16,292 bases of DNA, taken from NCBI GenBank assembly GCA_963845245.1, contig CAWJRJ010000009.1:1-16292 (forward strand), given 5' to 3'. Under the pieces are notes generated by a model. That model saw nothing but the letters and a program-made list of their open reading frames with translations. It had not been told where the DNA came from and searched no databases. The translations under genes were made by a program, and so were the position numbers. How positions within the stretch are numbered: the first letter of the stretch is position 1; every line of letters starts with the position of its first letter. Positions 1 to 9,203 of the stretch are shown one piece after another. Source of the stretch: Nitrospirota bacterium. GTDB taxonomy: Bacteria > Nitrospirota > JACRHJ01.

Positions 1-288
1 ATGCTCGACATCACAACCCTCATCCCCACCGTCATAACCCGCCTGAAGGCCCTCGCGGTTGGCGACTGCATAGACCTTCGGACATACAAGCGTGACCGCT
101 CCGTGGTAATCCTCAGGACCGGCCCGGACAGCTTCCGCATAATCGAGGACGGCTTCTTCAAGGACGAGATGGAGGCCGATATCGCGAAGATGCCGAAGCT
201 CCTGAAGGCGCTTGTGAAGAAGGAGTTCCCCCGCAGCAACAAGGTGCGGCTTTACGCAGGCAGGTACGAGGGCGGCCAGAAGATATAG
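1..288 (+). CDS. Small hypothetical protein (95 aa), family not recognised
   Basis: ATG at 1 to TAG at 286-288. Gene-like codon usage and globular alpha/beta-looking sequence (LRTYKRDRSV, EFPRSNKVRLY). Upstream context lies outside the window. Confidence 0.75.
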   Translation: MLDITTLIPTVITRLKALAVGDCIDLRTYKRDRSVVILRTGPDSFRIIEDGFFKDEMEADIAKMPKLLKALVKKEFPRSNKVRLYAGRYEGGQKI

Positions 289-314
289 TACCCCTCCGGG
301 GCATCCTCCTCTAT

Positions 315-365
315 TCCCCTCGCTCCTTGTGGGAGAGGGTGGCGCATAGCGCCGGGTGAGGGGGA
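315..365. repeat. GC-rich palindromic extragenic element (REP/BoxC-like) between convergent genes; possible bidirectional terminator or stabiliser
   Basis: CCCCTC (316-321) can pair with GAGGGG (358-363). It encloses hairpins CTCC-ttgtg-GGAG (323-335) and GGCGC-ata-GCGCC (341-353). The layout resembles the CCCTCTCCC..GGGAGAGGG..GGGTGAGGGG class of intergenic palindromes. Only one copy is in the window. Confidence 0.6.
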
Positions 366-379
366 TATTCCTTCCCTAT

Positions 380-1501
380 TTACGCCATCTGTCCGATAGT
401 CTTGCGGAAGCGTACCAGAGATAAACTAAATAACACCGAGCCTATCAGGGCAAGGTAGACGAATTGCGGCCAGACGACCGAGAACCCCGCGCCGCGGTAC
501 AGGATGGACTGTGCAAGCATGACGAAGTGGGTGTTGGGCGCCGCAAGCATTAAAATCTGGACGACAACAGGCATGCTTTCGCGGGGGGTATAGCTGCCCG
601 AGAGGATCTGCAGAGGCAGGATTGCAAGCATCAGAAGCAGACCGAACTGCGGCATCGAGCGTGCAAGCGTGCCCAGGAAGATGCCCAGTGATGTGCTGGC
701 AAACAGTTGCAGCGCCGTGCCTGCCAGGAACAGGGCGATGGAACCTTCAATAGGGACCTTGAGTACTCCCTGGACAATGAATGTCAGAGAAAGCGCCGCG
801 ACGGCCAGTACCACTAATGCCATGGCCCACACCTTGCCGGTCATGATTTCAAAGGGTGTTACCGGCATTACCAGCAGATGCTCAACGGTGCCGTGTTCCC
901 TTTCGCGAAGCAGTGCCGCGCCGGTAAGGATGACAGACAGCAGTGTGATGTTGTCTATGAGCTTCATGACAGCACCGAACCAGGACTTGTTCATTTCCGG
1001 GTTGAAACTCACCCTCAGGTTAAGGTCCGCCGCCGGCGTTGTGTTCGACCGATACCCCTGCAAAAAAGTGTTCACCTCGCCGCCGACAATGGACTGGATA
1101 TAGCTGTTGCCGGTAAAAGCCTGGCTCATCCGGGTTGCGTCCACGTTGAGCTGGATTACGGGAGAACGCCCGGCCAGCACGTCGCGCTGAAACTCAGGAG
1201 GGATCACAATGGCAAAGGCGTCCAGCCCGGCGTCCATCCGGGCATCCATCTCCGCCAGGGTAATAAGCGACGGTGCAGTGAAGTTTGGCGGATAGAAGGC
1301 ATCGTCAATTCGGGCTGAGAGCTGCGAACGGTCCTCGTCTACGATGGCAATAGGCGCGTTGTGGAGGGTCTCGGGCATGGACGTCGCGGCGGCGAAGATT
1401 GCTAACGTGAAGGCGTGTGTGATCAGTATGAGCATCACCGTGTCGCGCGACAGGCTTCGAAGTTCTTTGATGCCCAGGTGCAGAATATTGGCCGCGCGCA
1501 T
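380..1501 (-). CDS. yhhJ: ABC-2 type transporter permease, YhhJ-like
   Basis: LGIKELRSL, LHNAPIAIVDEDRSQLS, QLNVDATRMSQAFTG and REREHGTVEHLLVMPV motifs, with six TM segments. ATG at 1501 sits just after the rbbA stop (1503). The ORF-track start at 1534 overlaps rbbA. Confidence 0.9.
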   Translation of the reverse strand: MRAANILHLGIKELRSLSRDTVMLILITHAFTLAIFAAATSMPETLHNAPIAIVDEDRSQLSARIDDAFYPPNFTAPSLITLAEMDARMDAGLDAFAIVIPPEFQRDVLAGRSPVIQLNVDATRMSQAFTGNSYIQSIVGGEVNTFLQGYRSNTTPAADLNLRVSFNPEMNKSWFGAVMKLIDNITLLSVILTGAALLREREHGTVEHLLVMPVTPFEIMTGKVWAMALVVLAVAALSLTFIVQGVLKVPIEGSIALFLAGTALQLFASTSLGIFLGTLARSMPQFGLLLMLAILPLQILSGSYTPRESMPVVVQILMLAAPNTHFVMLAQSILYRGAGFSVVWPQFVYLALIGSVLFSLSLVRFRKTIGQMA

Positions 1502-1502
1502 G

Positions 1503-4287
1503 TCAGCTCTCCTGTTTCTTGAGAAAGGCCGCACTCAGGCCTAATAGCACGGGCACGGCAATAATCAATGGGACGAAAGACGCATGGAGGTCGGCAAAGC
1601 CGAGCCCCTTCGAGAATGTGCCGCGCGCTATGGTCAGGAAATGGGTAGTAGGGTAATACCTGCCGATCACCGCTCCGGCCCCCTCCAGCGAGGAGACTGG
1701 TTCCAACATTCCGGAGAACTCGAGGGCCGGCAGGATCGTCAGGATGGCCGTTCCGAATATTGCGGCAATCTGGCTGCGCATGAAGGTGGAGAGCACAAGG
1801 CCGAAGGCTGTGGAGATGATAACATATAACAACGCCGCTGTGGAAAGCGTGAGGAGACTTCCCTTGAGCGGTACGCCGAACACGAATACGGCCAGCGCGA
1901 CAAGCATTATGAAATTGAGCATCGCCAGTGCGACGTAGGGGAGCTGCTTTCCGAGCAGGAACTCCAGCTTTGTGACCGGGGTGACGTATAGGTTGACGAT
2001 GGATCCCAGTTCCTTTTCCCGCACCACCGAAAGAGCTGTCATCATCGCCGGGATCATCATCAACAGCAACGGGATAACCGCCGGCACCATAGCCGGCAGG
2101 CTTTTTACATCCGGATTATAGCGAAAGCGGGTCTCTATTACGGCCCCGGTCGAAGCGGAGCCACGGTTATAGCGCGCCATGTTTTCCAGCCAATGGGCAT
2201 GCATACCCTGGACATAGCCGCGCACCGTCTCGGCGCGCTGGGGCATTGCGCCGTCGATCCAGGCGCCGACGGCGACGGGGCTGCCCCGCTTCAGGTCGCG
2301 TGCAAAACCGGGTGGGACCTCTATTGCCAGGCTTATCTCTCCGGCGCGCATTCGCCGGTCCATTTCGTCATAGTCTTTGATAGACGGGCGTTCGCTGAAG
2401 TAGCGCGAACCGGCGAGGTTGAGCGTATAGTCACGGCTGATTGGGGTCTGGTCCCGGTCGAGGACCGCGAAGGACAGGTCCTCGACATCCGTGCTTATGC
2501 CGTAGCCCATGATGAATAAAAGCATGGCGCTGCCAATCAGGGCAAGGGTCAGGCGTATCGGGTCGCGTCGCAGCTCCAGCGCCTCGCGACGGGTATAGCT
2601 GAAAAGACGGCGCAAGCTGCTGTAGATACCACCGTGCTGACGGTGCCCTGCCTTGTTCCCCGGGTGGCGCCGGGATGGCGGATGTCTTGATGCTCGATGT
2701 ATCAGTTACCTTCTCTGCTCCACCATCCGCCTCCTCAAGGTAGCTGATAAACGCCTCCTCAAGCGTTTTGACCCCACGCTTCCTGGTTAACGCCGCAGGC
2801 AGGTCGCTGGCCAGCACACGGCCGGCATGCATGAGCGATATCCTGTCGCAACGTTCGGCTTCGTTCATGAAATGTGTCGAAATGAATATGGTAACCTTGT
2901 CCCGGCGCGCAAGGTCGACCATGATCTGCCAGAAGGAATCGCGCGCGACCGGATCTACCCCCGAGGTCGGCTCGTCGAGGATCAGCATCTCCGGGCCGTG
3001 GACCATCGCCACTGCCAGTGACAGACGTTGCCGCAGACCCAGCGGCAATTTTTCAGGCAGACTGTCACTAACCTCGCTCAGGCCGAAACGCTGCTCCATC
3101 TCCTTCACTCGCGCCACGATCCGGTCTTCCGGCATCCTGAAAAGACGTGCATGCAGAGTCAGGTTCTGCCGGACAGTCAACTCTGTGTAAAGTGAGAACG
3201 ACTGCGTCATGTAGCCGACACGCCGACGTGTGTCGATATCATGCGGGTCCACCGGACGGCCAAACAGCCAGGCCTGTCCCTCGCTGGGCGGCAGCAGGCC
3301 GGTCAGCATCTTCATTGTGGTGGTCTTGCCACACCCGTTCGAACCCAGGAAACCGAATATCTCGCCACGCCCGATGCGGAAACTCACATGGTCAACGGCA
3401 ACGAAATCTCCAAAGCGCATAGTGAGGTCGTGGGCCTCGATGGTGGCCTCTCCGTCTTTGTCCGTCTCACGAGGCGGGATGATGACCGGCTGGTATGCGT
3501 CACGCAGAGACTGCGGCAGCAGGCCGATGAACGCCTCCTCCAGGGTGCTGGTACCGGTGTTGTTCAGGAGTTCCTGCGGTGTGCCGGTCGCGAGCACGCG
3601 CCCAGCGTTCATGGCAATCAGCCAGTCGAAACGGGCGGCTTCTTCCATGTAGGCGGTTGCGACCAGTACGCTCATTCCGGCACGGTCAGCGCGTATGCGG
3701 CCGATAAGTTCCCAGAACTGCTGGCGCGACAGCGGATCGACACCGGTGGTGGGTTCGTCAAGGATCAAAAGGTCGGGGTCGTGGATAAGTGAGCAGCACA
3801 GCCCCAGCTTCTGCTTCATCCCGCCGGAGAGTTTGCCGGCCGGCCGGTCGACAAAGGGTGCCAGGCCGGTGGCATTCAGGAGTTCAGCGATGCGGCGCTC
3901 TCGCTCCTGGCGGCCGTGTCCAAAAAGACGTGCGAAAAAATCAACGTTCTCGAATACCGACAGCGTTGGGTACAGATTCCTGCCAAGTCCCTGTGGCATA
4001 TAGGCCACACGAGGGCAGACGGCCCGGCGGTGGCGTCTGTCGGCCATGTCGCCACCCAGCACCTCAACCCTTCCGGACTGGATGGCCCGGGAGCCGGCTA
4101 TCAATGAAAATAGGCTTGATTTCCCTACTCCATCCGGTCCGATGACGCCGACCATGCAGCCAGCCGGCAGCTCAAGGTCGATTGCATCCAGCGCCATAGT
4201 CTTGCCATAGCGCAGACTGATCTCTCTTAACCGTGCCACGGGCGGAGCTGGAGCTGCGGGAGCGGTTGGGCCGTCGAATGTACTCAT
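1503..4287 (-). CDS. rbbA: RbbA-type fused ABC protein (two ATPase domains plus ABC-2 permease), split by a +1 frameshift in the linker at about 2616-2705
   Basis: 5' part has Walker A motifs GPDGVGKS and GSNGCGKT, signatures LSGGM and LPLG, and two LILDEPT motifs. 3' part reads [19 protein letters not shown] ... [12 protein letters not shown] at 4287 overlaps the HlyD stop (ATGA). Removing one base joins the parts into a 927-aa ORF with the yhiI-rbbA-yhhJ gene order. Confidence 0.88.
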
Positions 4288-5357
4288 TGCGGCAGCCTTA
4301 CCTGCAGGCGGGCCGGCCACTCCACCTTTGGGTCCAGCCGCACATAGGCAATACCGGGTAGCCCGGTCTTGACATGGGCGATATGCTTTCTGAGCAGTTC
4401 CTGGGGGATCTGTCCCCGGATACGGAACATCAGCTTCTCCCGTTCACTGGCCGTCTCGACGGTCTTTGGGGTGAACTGGGCCACGTCGGCAACGAAAGAT
4501 ACATTGGCAGGAATCACATACTGGGGAGCGGCATCGAGTATTATCCGCACCTCGGAGCCGATCGCGATTTTTCCGGCCGATGCCGTCGGCAGAAAAAAGG
4601 TCATGTAGACATCGCTCAGGTCGACAAGGCTCAACACCCTGCCCCCGTTACCGACCACCTCGCCGGTTTGTGCAACGCGGTACTGCACCCGCCCGTCGCG
4701 TGGGGATTTCAATGCGCTGTCCTTTATATCCGCCTGAATACTCTCTACGGTGGCACGTGCAGCGTCTACGGCCGATTGCGCACCGAGAATTTGCGTACGT
4801 GTTGTTACGATGGCTGCCTCTGCAGCGGCAACCTGTGCGCGAGCCGAGCTTTCTGCGGCCGCTGCACTCAGGAGTTTTGCGTAGTCGTCATCGGCCTCTT
4901 GCCGCGATATCATCCCTTTTCCTACAAGGTTCGATGATCGGGCCGAGCGCCCACGTGCATTGTCGAGTTCGGCCTCGCGCTGCTTGACGAACGCCATAGC
5001 TGCCGCTTTTTCGCTTTCACGCTGTTTAAGCTGGCTGCGCGCGGTAGCAACCGAGCTTTGCGCCTTTTGCAACTCTGCCTTAGTCTGACGGAGTTGCGCT
5101 TCGAGGACCTCGGTATCCATTACAGCCACCACCTGCCCGGCGGTGACGAAATCCCCTTCGCGGACAAGAATATCCCTTACCCGGCCTGCTAACTTGGCGG
5201 CGACGTCGATCTCGGTCGCCTCGATGCGTCCATTGCCGCTTGCAAGACCGGCGTCCCTGCTATTATCTCCAAACTTCTGCCATGCAACGATACCAAGGAT
5301 AATAAGAACTAACAGCCCCGCGACCCTGATCGACCATTTTCGCATTTGCTCAGGCAT
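4284..5357 (-). CDS. HlyD-family membrane fusion / periplasmic adaptor protein (YhiI-like)
   Basis: N-terminal TM anchor, [29 protein letters not shown], an Ala/Gln-rich coiled coil, LKSPRDGRV and [13 protein letters not shown] 5357 lies 9 nt after GGAG (5367-5370). An alternative ATG is at 5366. Confidence 0.9.
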   Translation of the reverse strand: MPEQMRKWSIRVAGLLVLIILGIVAWQKFGDNSRDAGLASGNGRIEATEIDVAAKLAGRVRDILVREGDFVTAGQVVAVMDTEVLEAQLRQTKAELQKAQSSVATARSQLKQRESEKAAAMAFVKQREAELDNARGRSARSSNLVGKGMISRQEADDDYAKLLSAAAAESSARAQVAAAEAAIVTTRTQILGAQSAVDAARATVESIQADIKDSALKSPRDGRVQYRVAQTGEVVGNGGRVLSLVDLSDVYMTFFLPTASAGKIAIGSEVRIILDAAPQYVIPANVSFVADVAQFTPKTVETASEREKLMFRIRGQIPQELLRKHIAHVKTGLPGIAYVRLDPKVEWPARLQVRLPQ

Positions 5358-5499
5358 AGTGGTCATCTCCAGGCTTTATGGACATATAATGTCAGTGGGA
5401 TATATATATCGTAGACTATGTCATTAATTATAGCCAATCTGACAGAATCACGCCATTAGATCAATACGCAAGCATGCGAGGGGTGGTATGAAATATTAC

Positions 5500-5528
5500 T
5501 TGTGCATATCCCGCCCCACCATTATAAT
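5500..5528 (+). promoter_or_regulatory. Sigma70-type promoter for the DUF4149-like gene
   Basis: TTGTGC (5500-5505), 17-bp spacer, perfect TATAAT (5523-5528). ATG at 5536 follows 7 nt later. Confidence 0.6.
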
Positions 5529-5535
5529 TAAACCC

Positions 5536-6012
5536 ATGAACAAACTCCTCGGCGTCGTCTTATATGACCTTACGCTCGCCCTCTGGGTGGGCGGCATGGC
5601 CATTTTCACCCTCATCGTCACACCCGCGATATTCAGGTCGTTCGACAGAGACATGGCTGGCAAGATAGTCGGCGCGCTTTTTTCCGGCTACTTCACCTAC
5701 AACCTCGTCCTCTCCATAGTTGCCCTTGCCCTGGCGTTTGTCGTCTGGCCGGACAGGGCGCAGACGGCTTTCAAGATAACGCTCCTGCTGATTGCCTGCG
5801 CAATAGCCGTAAACCTCTATATATCCTTCAAGCTCTACCCGGACGTCGTGGAAGTGAAGCGTCAGATAGCCTCGTTCGTTACCACCCCACCAGACTCGCC
5901 GCTTCGGAAGCAGTTCACGCGGATGCACGCCGTGAGCGCGATCATGAACCTGTTCCTGCTGATAGACGGCGTAACGCTGCTCGTCATCAGGGCCACAAAA
6001 CTGAACAAGTAG
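5536..6012 (+). CDS. DUF4149/TMEM205-like four-TM membrane protein
   Basis: LWVGG..F...VTPAIF, AGKIVGALF and terminal F.RMHAVS..MNL patterns, with four hydrophobic helices. Start set at ATG 5536 because the upstream extension from 5488 runs through the promoter. Confidence 0.78.
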   Translation: MNKLLGVVLYDLTLALWVGGMAIFTLIVTPAIFRSFDRDMAGKIVGALFSGYFTYNLVLSIVALALAFVVWPDRAQTAFKITLLLIACAIAVNLYISFKLYPDVVEVKRQIASFVTTPPDSPLRKQFTRMHAVSAIMNLFLLIDGVTLLVIRATKLNK

Positions 6013-6016
6013 GTAT

Positions 6017-6823
6017 ATGAGATCATTTGTCATTAATATTGCAGCAGCACTGATGCTATTCGCGGTTCCCTGCGCAGGCGCGGACACAAAGCCTCTCACC
6101 TCGCAACTGCTCACACCGGCAACCATGACCGTCGCGGAGATTGCAAAGCTCCAGGGCGAGCTTAAACTGACCCCGGTCGGCAAGAGGATAGCCTTCTGGG
6201 CGGACGCGTTCGTCGGCACGCCGTACGACACCGACCCGCTCGGGGTGTACGTGAGCTGCAAGAAGGTGGTATGCGACATAGAGGTGGACTGCATGTACCT
6301 GGTGTTCCGCTCCGCCGAGCTTGCAATGAGCGACACCCCGCTTCAGGCCGAGGTGCGCGCGCTTGACCTGCGGTTTCGCACAAAGGGCAGGGTGGAAAAC
6401 GGCGCCGTCGTGAACTATGAGGACCGGTTCGAGTACGGAGAGGATATGGTAACGTCCGGCAAGTGGGGAGAGGACGTCTCGGCAAAGGTCGGAAAGATTG
6501 AGAAGGTGGCCGGCTCGCGGGGGCGTGAATATTACGATTATGTGCCGAAGGCCGTCATGCTAAAGCCGGATGCCTTAAGGAACCTGAAGGATGGCGACAT
6601 CATATATTTCGTGAAGGACCCGTCAAGGCGCGCGGTGGGCGAGGTGGTTGGCCACCTGGGTATCATAAAGGTGGAGGCCGGAGCCCCGATGCTCATCCAC
6701 GCGAGCGGCAGCAAAAAGGGCAAGGATAAGCCTGGCGGTGGGGTCGTGAAAAAGGTTGACCTTTCAGACTACCTCAAAGACACGAAGTTCATCGGCGTGA
6801 TAATCACGAGGTTTCCTGCTTAA
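6017..6823 (+). CDS. Secreted NlpC/P60-superfamily protein, DUF1460 / N-acetylmuramoyl-L-alanine amidase-like
   Basis: Signal peptide (..LMLFAVPCAGA), FVGTPY, candidate catalytic VDC, LKDGDII, GHLGII and IHAS motifs typical of NlpC/P60-fold Cys-His enzymes. Starts 4 nt after the preceding stop. Confidence 0.75.
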   Translation: MRSFVINIAAALMLFAVPCAGADTKPLTSQLLTPATMTVAEIAKLQGELKLTPVGKRIAFWADAFVGTPYDTDPLGVYVSCKKVVCDIEVDCMYLVFRSAELAMSDTPLQAEVRALDLRFRTKGRVENGAVVNYEDRFEYGEDMVTSGKWGEDVSAKVGKIEKVAGSRGREYYDYVPKAVMLKPDALRNLKDGDIIYFVKDPSRRAVGEVVGHLGIIKVEAGAPMLIHASGSKKGKDKPGGGVVKKVDLSDYLKDTKFIGVIITRFPA

Positions 6824-6829
6824 AATACC

Positions 6830-7918
6830 CTACCTATCCGTCTGCAAAAGAAGATAAGCCCCGATCCCGAAGAACAGGGCGTTGGTCAGCCAGGCTGCAA
6901 ACAGCGGTGGAAAACGGCCCGCGTGTCCGAGAGATATGGAGAAAGAGTAGATAAACCAGTAGCTTATAGCAATTACTATGCAGATGCCCACGCCCAGGGC
7001 CATACCCCCGCTTCTTGAAGTCTTCAGCGAAAACGGCAAAGCCACGAATACCATTATAAGGTTCGCAAGGGTGAATGCGACCTTGCCGTGCAGGTCGACT
7101 ACGTATTTTGTCGGGTTGTACCCCTCATTTCTCAGCTTTCTGATATAGCTGCTGAGCTCCGAGATGTTCATCTCCTCGGATAGCCTTTCAACCTGCTTGA
7201 AGTCGTCCGGTTTTTCTGGCAGGTTAATCACCTGATTCTCGAAGTTGCTTACCTTGACCGGTCCTGTTGCAGGGAAATCGTACACCGTCCCCTTCGAGAG
7301 CACCCACTTGCCGTCCACCCAGTCCATCCTCTCGGCGTCAACCCTCTGGGTCAGCTTGTATGCCTCGTTTTCCCGGTAGAACGAGACCCCGTAGCAGGTA
7401 GGGACCTTGCCCTTGAAATCTATCAAACCTATGTTTATGATCTCGCCTTGCGGTCCCTTGAACCATAGCCTGTTGTGTTTCAATGCAGGCCTGGCCATTT
7501 TCTTCTCGATTTTGACATGCCTGATGTAATCGGCCTTCGCGTTGCAGTATGGGATCACCGTCTCGTTAGCCCAGAATATGACGCCGCAGAGTATGAGGGC
7601 CGCCATAAATACCGGCATGGCTATCCTGTACAGCGGTATGCCGCTCGCCTTCATGGCGATTATCTCGCTGTTTTTTGAGAGCATACCAATCGCAAGCAGG
7701 GTCGAGAGCATGACGGCCACCGGCATGACCATAAAGGCGATGTTTGGCAACTGGTACAGGATGTAGCGTACTACGTCAAATACGGCGGCCTTGTTTTCAA
7801 TGTAGTCGTCGGCCTTCTCTATGAAGTCGCCCAGGACGAAAACCATCATGAAGGCGGCCATGGTGATTAAAAAAAAGCGCCTGAACTCGGCCAGTATATA
7901 TTTGCTTAGTATCCTCAA
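6830..7918 (-). CDS. lptG: LPS export ABC transporter permease LptG
   Basis: MRILSKYI start, LSKNSEIIAMKASGI motif, periplasmic beta-rich domain and C-terminal PPLFAAWLTN. TTG start overlaps the lptF stop (TTGA, 7915-7918). Confidence 0.9.
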   Translation of the reverse strand: MRILSKYILAEFRRFFLITMAAFMMVFVLGDFIEKADDYIENKAAVFDVVRYILYQLPNIAFMVMPVAVMLSTLLAIGMLSKNSEIIAMKASGIPLYRIAMPVFMAALILCGVIFWANETVIPYCNAKADYIRHVKIEKKMARPALKHNRLWFKGPQGEIINIGLIDFKGKVPTCYGVSFYRENEAYKLTQRVDAERMDWVDGKWVLSKGTVYDFPATGPVKVSNFENQVINLPEKPDDFKQVERLSEEMNISELSSYIRKLRNEGYNPTKYVVDLHGKVAFTLANLIMVFVALPFSLKTSRSGGMALGVGICIVIAISYWFIYSFSISLGHAGRFPPLFAAWLTNALFFGIGAYLLLQTDR

Positions 7919-9075
7919 TGGTTTGTCTTTTTCTTTTTAAAGCCGGAGAACAGTTCACGCAGTTCCGACAGGAGGTTCTTTTCTTTGTCCGCCATTACCA
8001 GCAGGTAGATGCCGAAAGCGCCGATTATGACGTTCGGCATCAGCGCTGCAACAATCGGGTCGAGTTTTCCGCCTGTGGCGAGGTTTTCCCCACCCTTCAT
8101 TATAAGGTAATATACGGCGAAGATAATCAGCGCCACGGTTACGCCCGAGGACCTGCCTGAACGCCGCGAATAGAGGCCCAGAGTCGGGCCGACCATCCCG
8201 AACACCAGGCAGGCCAGTGGTATGGTAAAGCGTTTGTAATATTCGGTCATAAGCGATGAAGCGCTGCCGCTGGCAGGGTTTGCCGTCTTCGCGAACTCCC
8301 TCAGTTCTCTCAAGGACATTTCTCTTTTGCCCTTTTTGCTGTCATCCTCTGAGAAGAATTTGTCATAGAGGTTGATCGAGAGGTTGTTGGTTGCGAAGTC
8401 CATCTGCTGATAGGAACCGGGTTTGTTCCCCTTTTTGTGTACGCTTCCGTTGATGAGTTTGAGGTAGACCATGCCGGTTGCGACGTCAACGTCCATCACG
8501 CCGCGTTGCGCAATGATAACCCTCGGCTCGTCCGGGTCGCGCTCGTCCGATATGAATACGCCCTCCATCTCGTTTGGGGAAGGCGTTTTACGCGCGTATA
8601 TGATAACATTCTTAAAAGAATCGTTGAAGACCTCTTCCTCTATATTTATCAGGGCGCGGCTCTTAGCCATTACGAAAAGGTCTTTCTTGAACGTCGCGGC
8701 CTTTTTCGGCCCGAGGTAGAGCGAGAAGTACGCGGTAAAGGCCATGGCGACCAGAGAGACTGCCAAAACCGGGGCCGTCATGCGGTAAAACGAGAAGCCT
8801 GATGCCTTCATGGCCGTTATCTCGCTGTCCGTTGATAGCCGTCCGAAGGTCACGAGGGCCCCAAGGAGCACCGCCATCGGTATTGTTAGCGTAAGGAAAG
8901 ACGGCAGGATGTAGGATATCATCCTCAAAATCTCTAAGAAAGACACTCCCTTGTTCACCATAAGGTCGGTCATCTTGTATATCTTGTTGGTAAGAAGGAC
9001 GAATGTGAACAGCATGAGGCCGAGGAAAAACGGGGGCAGGAACTCTTTCACGATGTATTTGTCTATAATCTTCAC
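7915..9075 (-). CDS. lptF: LPS export ABC transporter permease LptF
   Basis: MKIIDKYIVKE start, GRLSTDSEITAMKASG, L.LINGSVH and EYYKRFTIP motifs. First gene of a tandem LptF/LptG pair, with a GTG start. Confidence 0.9.
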   Translation of the reverse strand: MKIIDKYIVKEFLPPFFLGLMLFTFVLLTNKIYKMTDLMVNKGVSFLEILRMISYILPSFLTLTIPMAVLLGALVTFGRLSTDSEITAMKASGFSFYRMTAPVLAVSLVAMAFTAYFSLYLGPKKAATFKKDLFVMAKSRALINIEEEVFNDSFKNVIIYARKTPSPNEMEGVFISDERDPDEPRVIIAQRGVMDVDVATGMVYLKLINGSVHKKGNKPGSYQQMDFATNNLSINLYDKFFSEDDSKKGKREMSLRELREFAKTANPASGSASSLMTEYYKRFTIPLACLVFGMVGPTLGLYSRRSGRSSGVTVALIIFAVYYLIMKGGENLATGGKLDPIVAALMPNVIIGAFGIYLLVMADKEKNLLSELRELFSGFKKKKTNH

Positions 9076-9084
9076 AGTTTTGAA

Positions 9085-9113
9085 ATTTTAATGTATGCAG
9101 CCTGCTTTGTAAA
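9085..9113 (-). promoter_or_regulatory. Sigma70-type promoter for lptFG
   Basis: Minus strand reads TTTACA (9113-9108), 17-bp spacer, TAAAAT (9090-9085), then 9 nt to the GTG start at 9075. Confidence 0.6.
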
Positions 9114-9143
9114 CAGTTTTTACCTCCGGATACAAAAAAAAGC

Positions 9144-9172
9144 TTGACCCCTATTCTATGTGCTATTATTAT
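9144..9172 (+). promoter_or_regulatory. Sigma70-type promoter for the mlaE operon
   Basis: TTGACC (9144-9149), 17-bp spacer, TATTAT (9167-9172). An A-tract just upstream is UP-element-like, and an overlapping extended -10 TGcTATTAT lies at 9161-9169. Confidence 0.65.
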
Positions 9173-9203
9173 CTAAGGCTTGGACAAATACCGGGACAAT
9201 GAA

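Noticed and set aside
2431..2615. C-terminal tail of the 629-aa ORF as a real domain
   Set aside because: It is out-of-frame read-through across the RbbA permease domain after the frameshift.
669..5427. Numerous plus-strand ORFs over yhhJ, rbbA and the HlyD gene
   Set aside because: Antisense or alternate-frame shadows of well-supported genes in GC-rich DNA.
5560..6336. 258-aa minus-strand ORF
   Set aside because: It spans two supported plus-strand genes in antisense and has no recognisable protein features.
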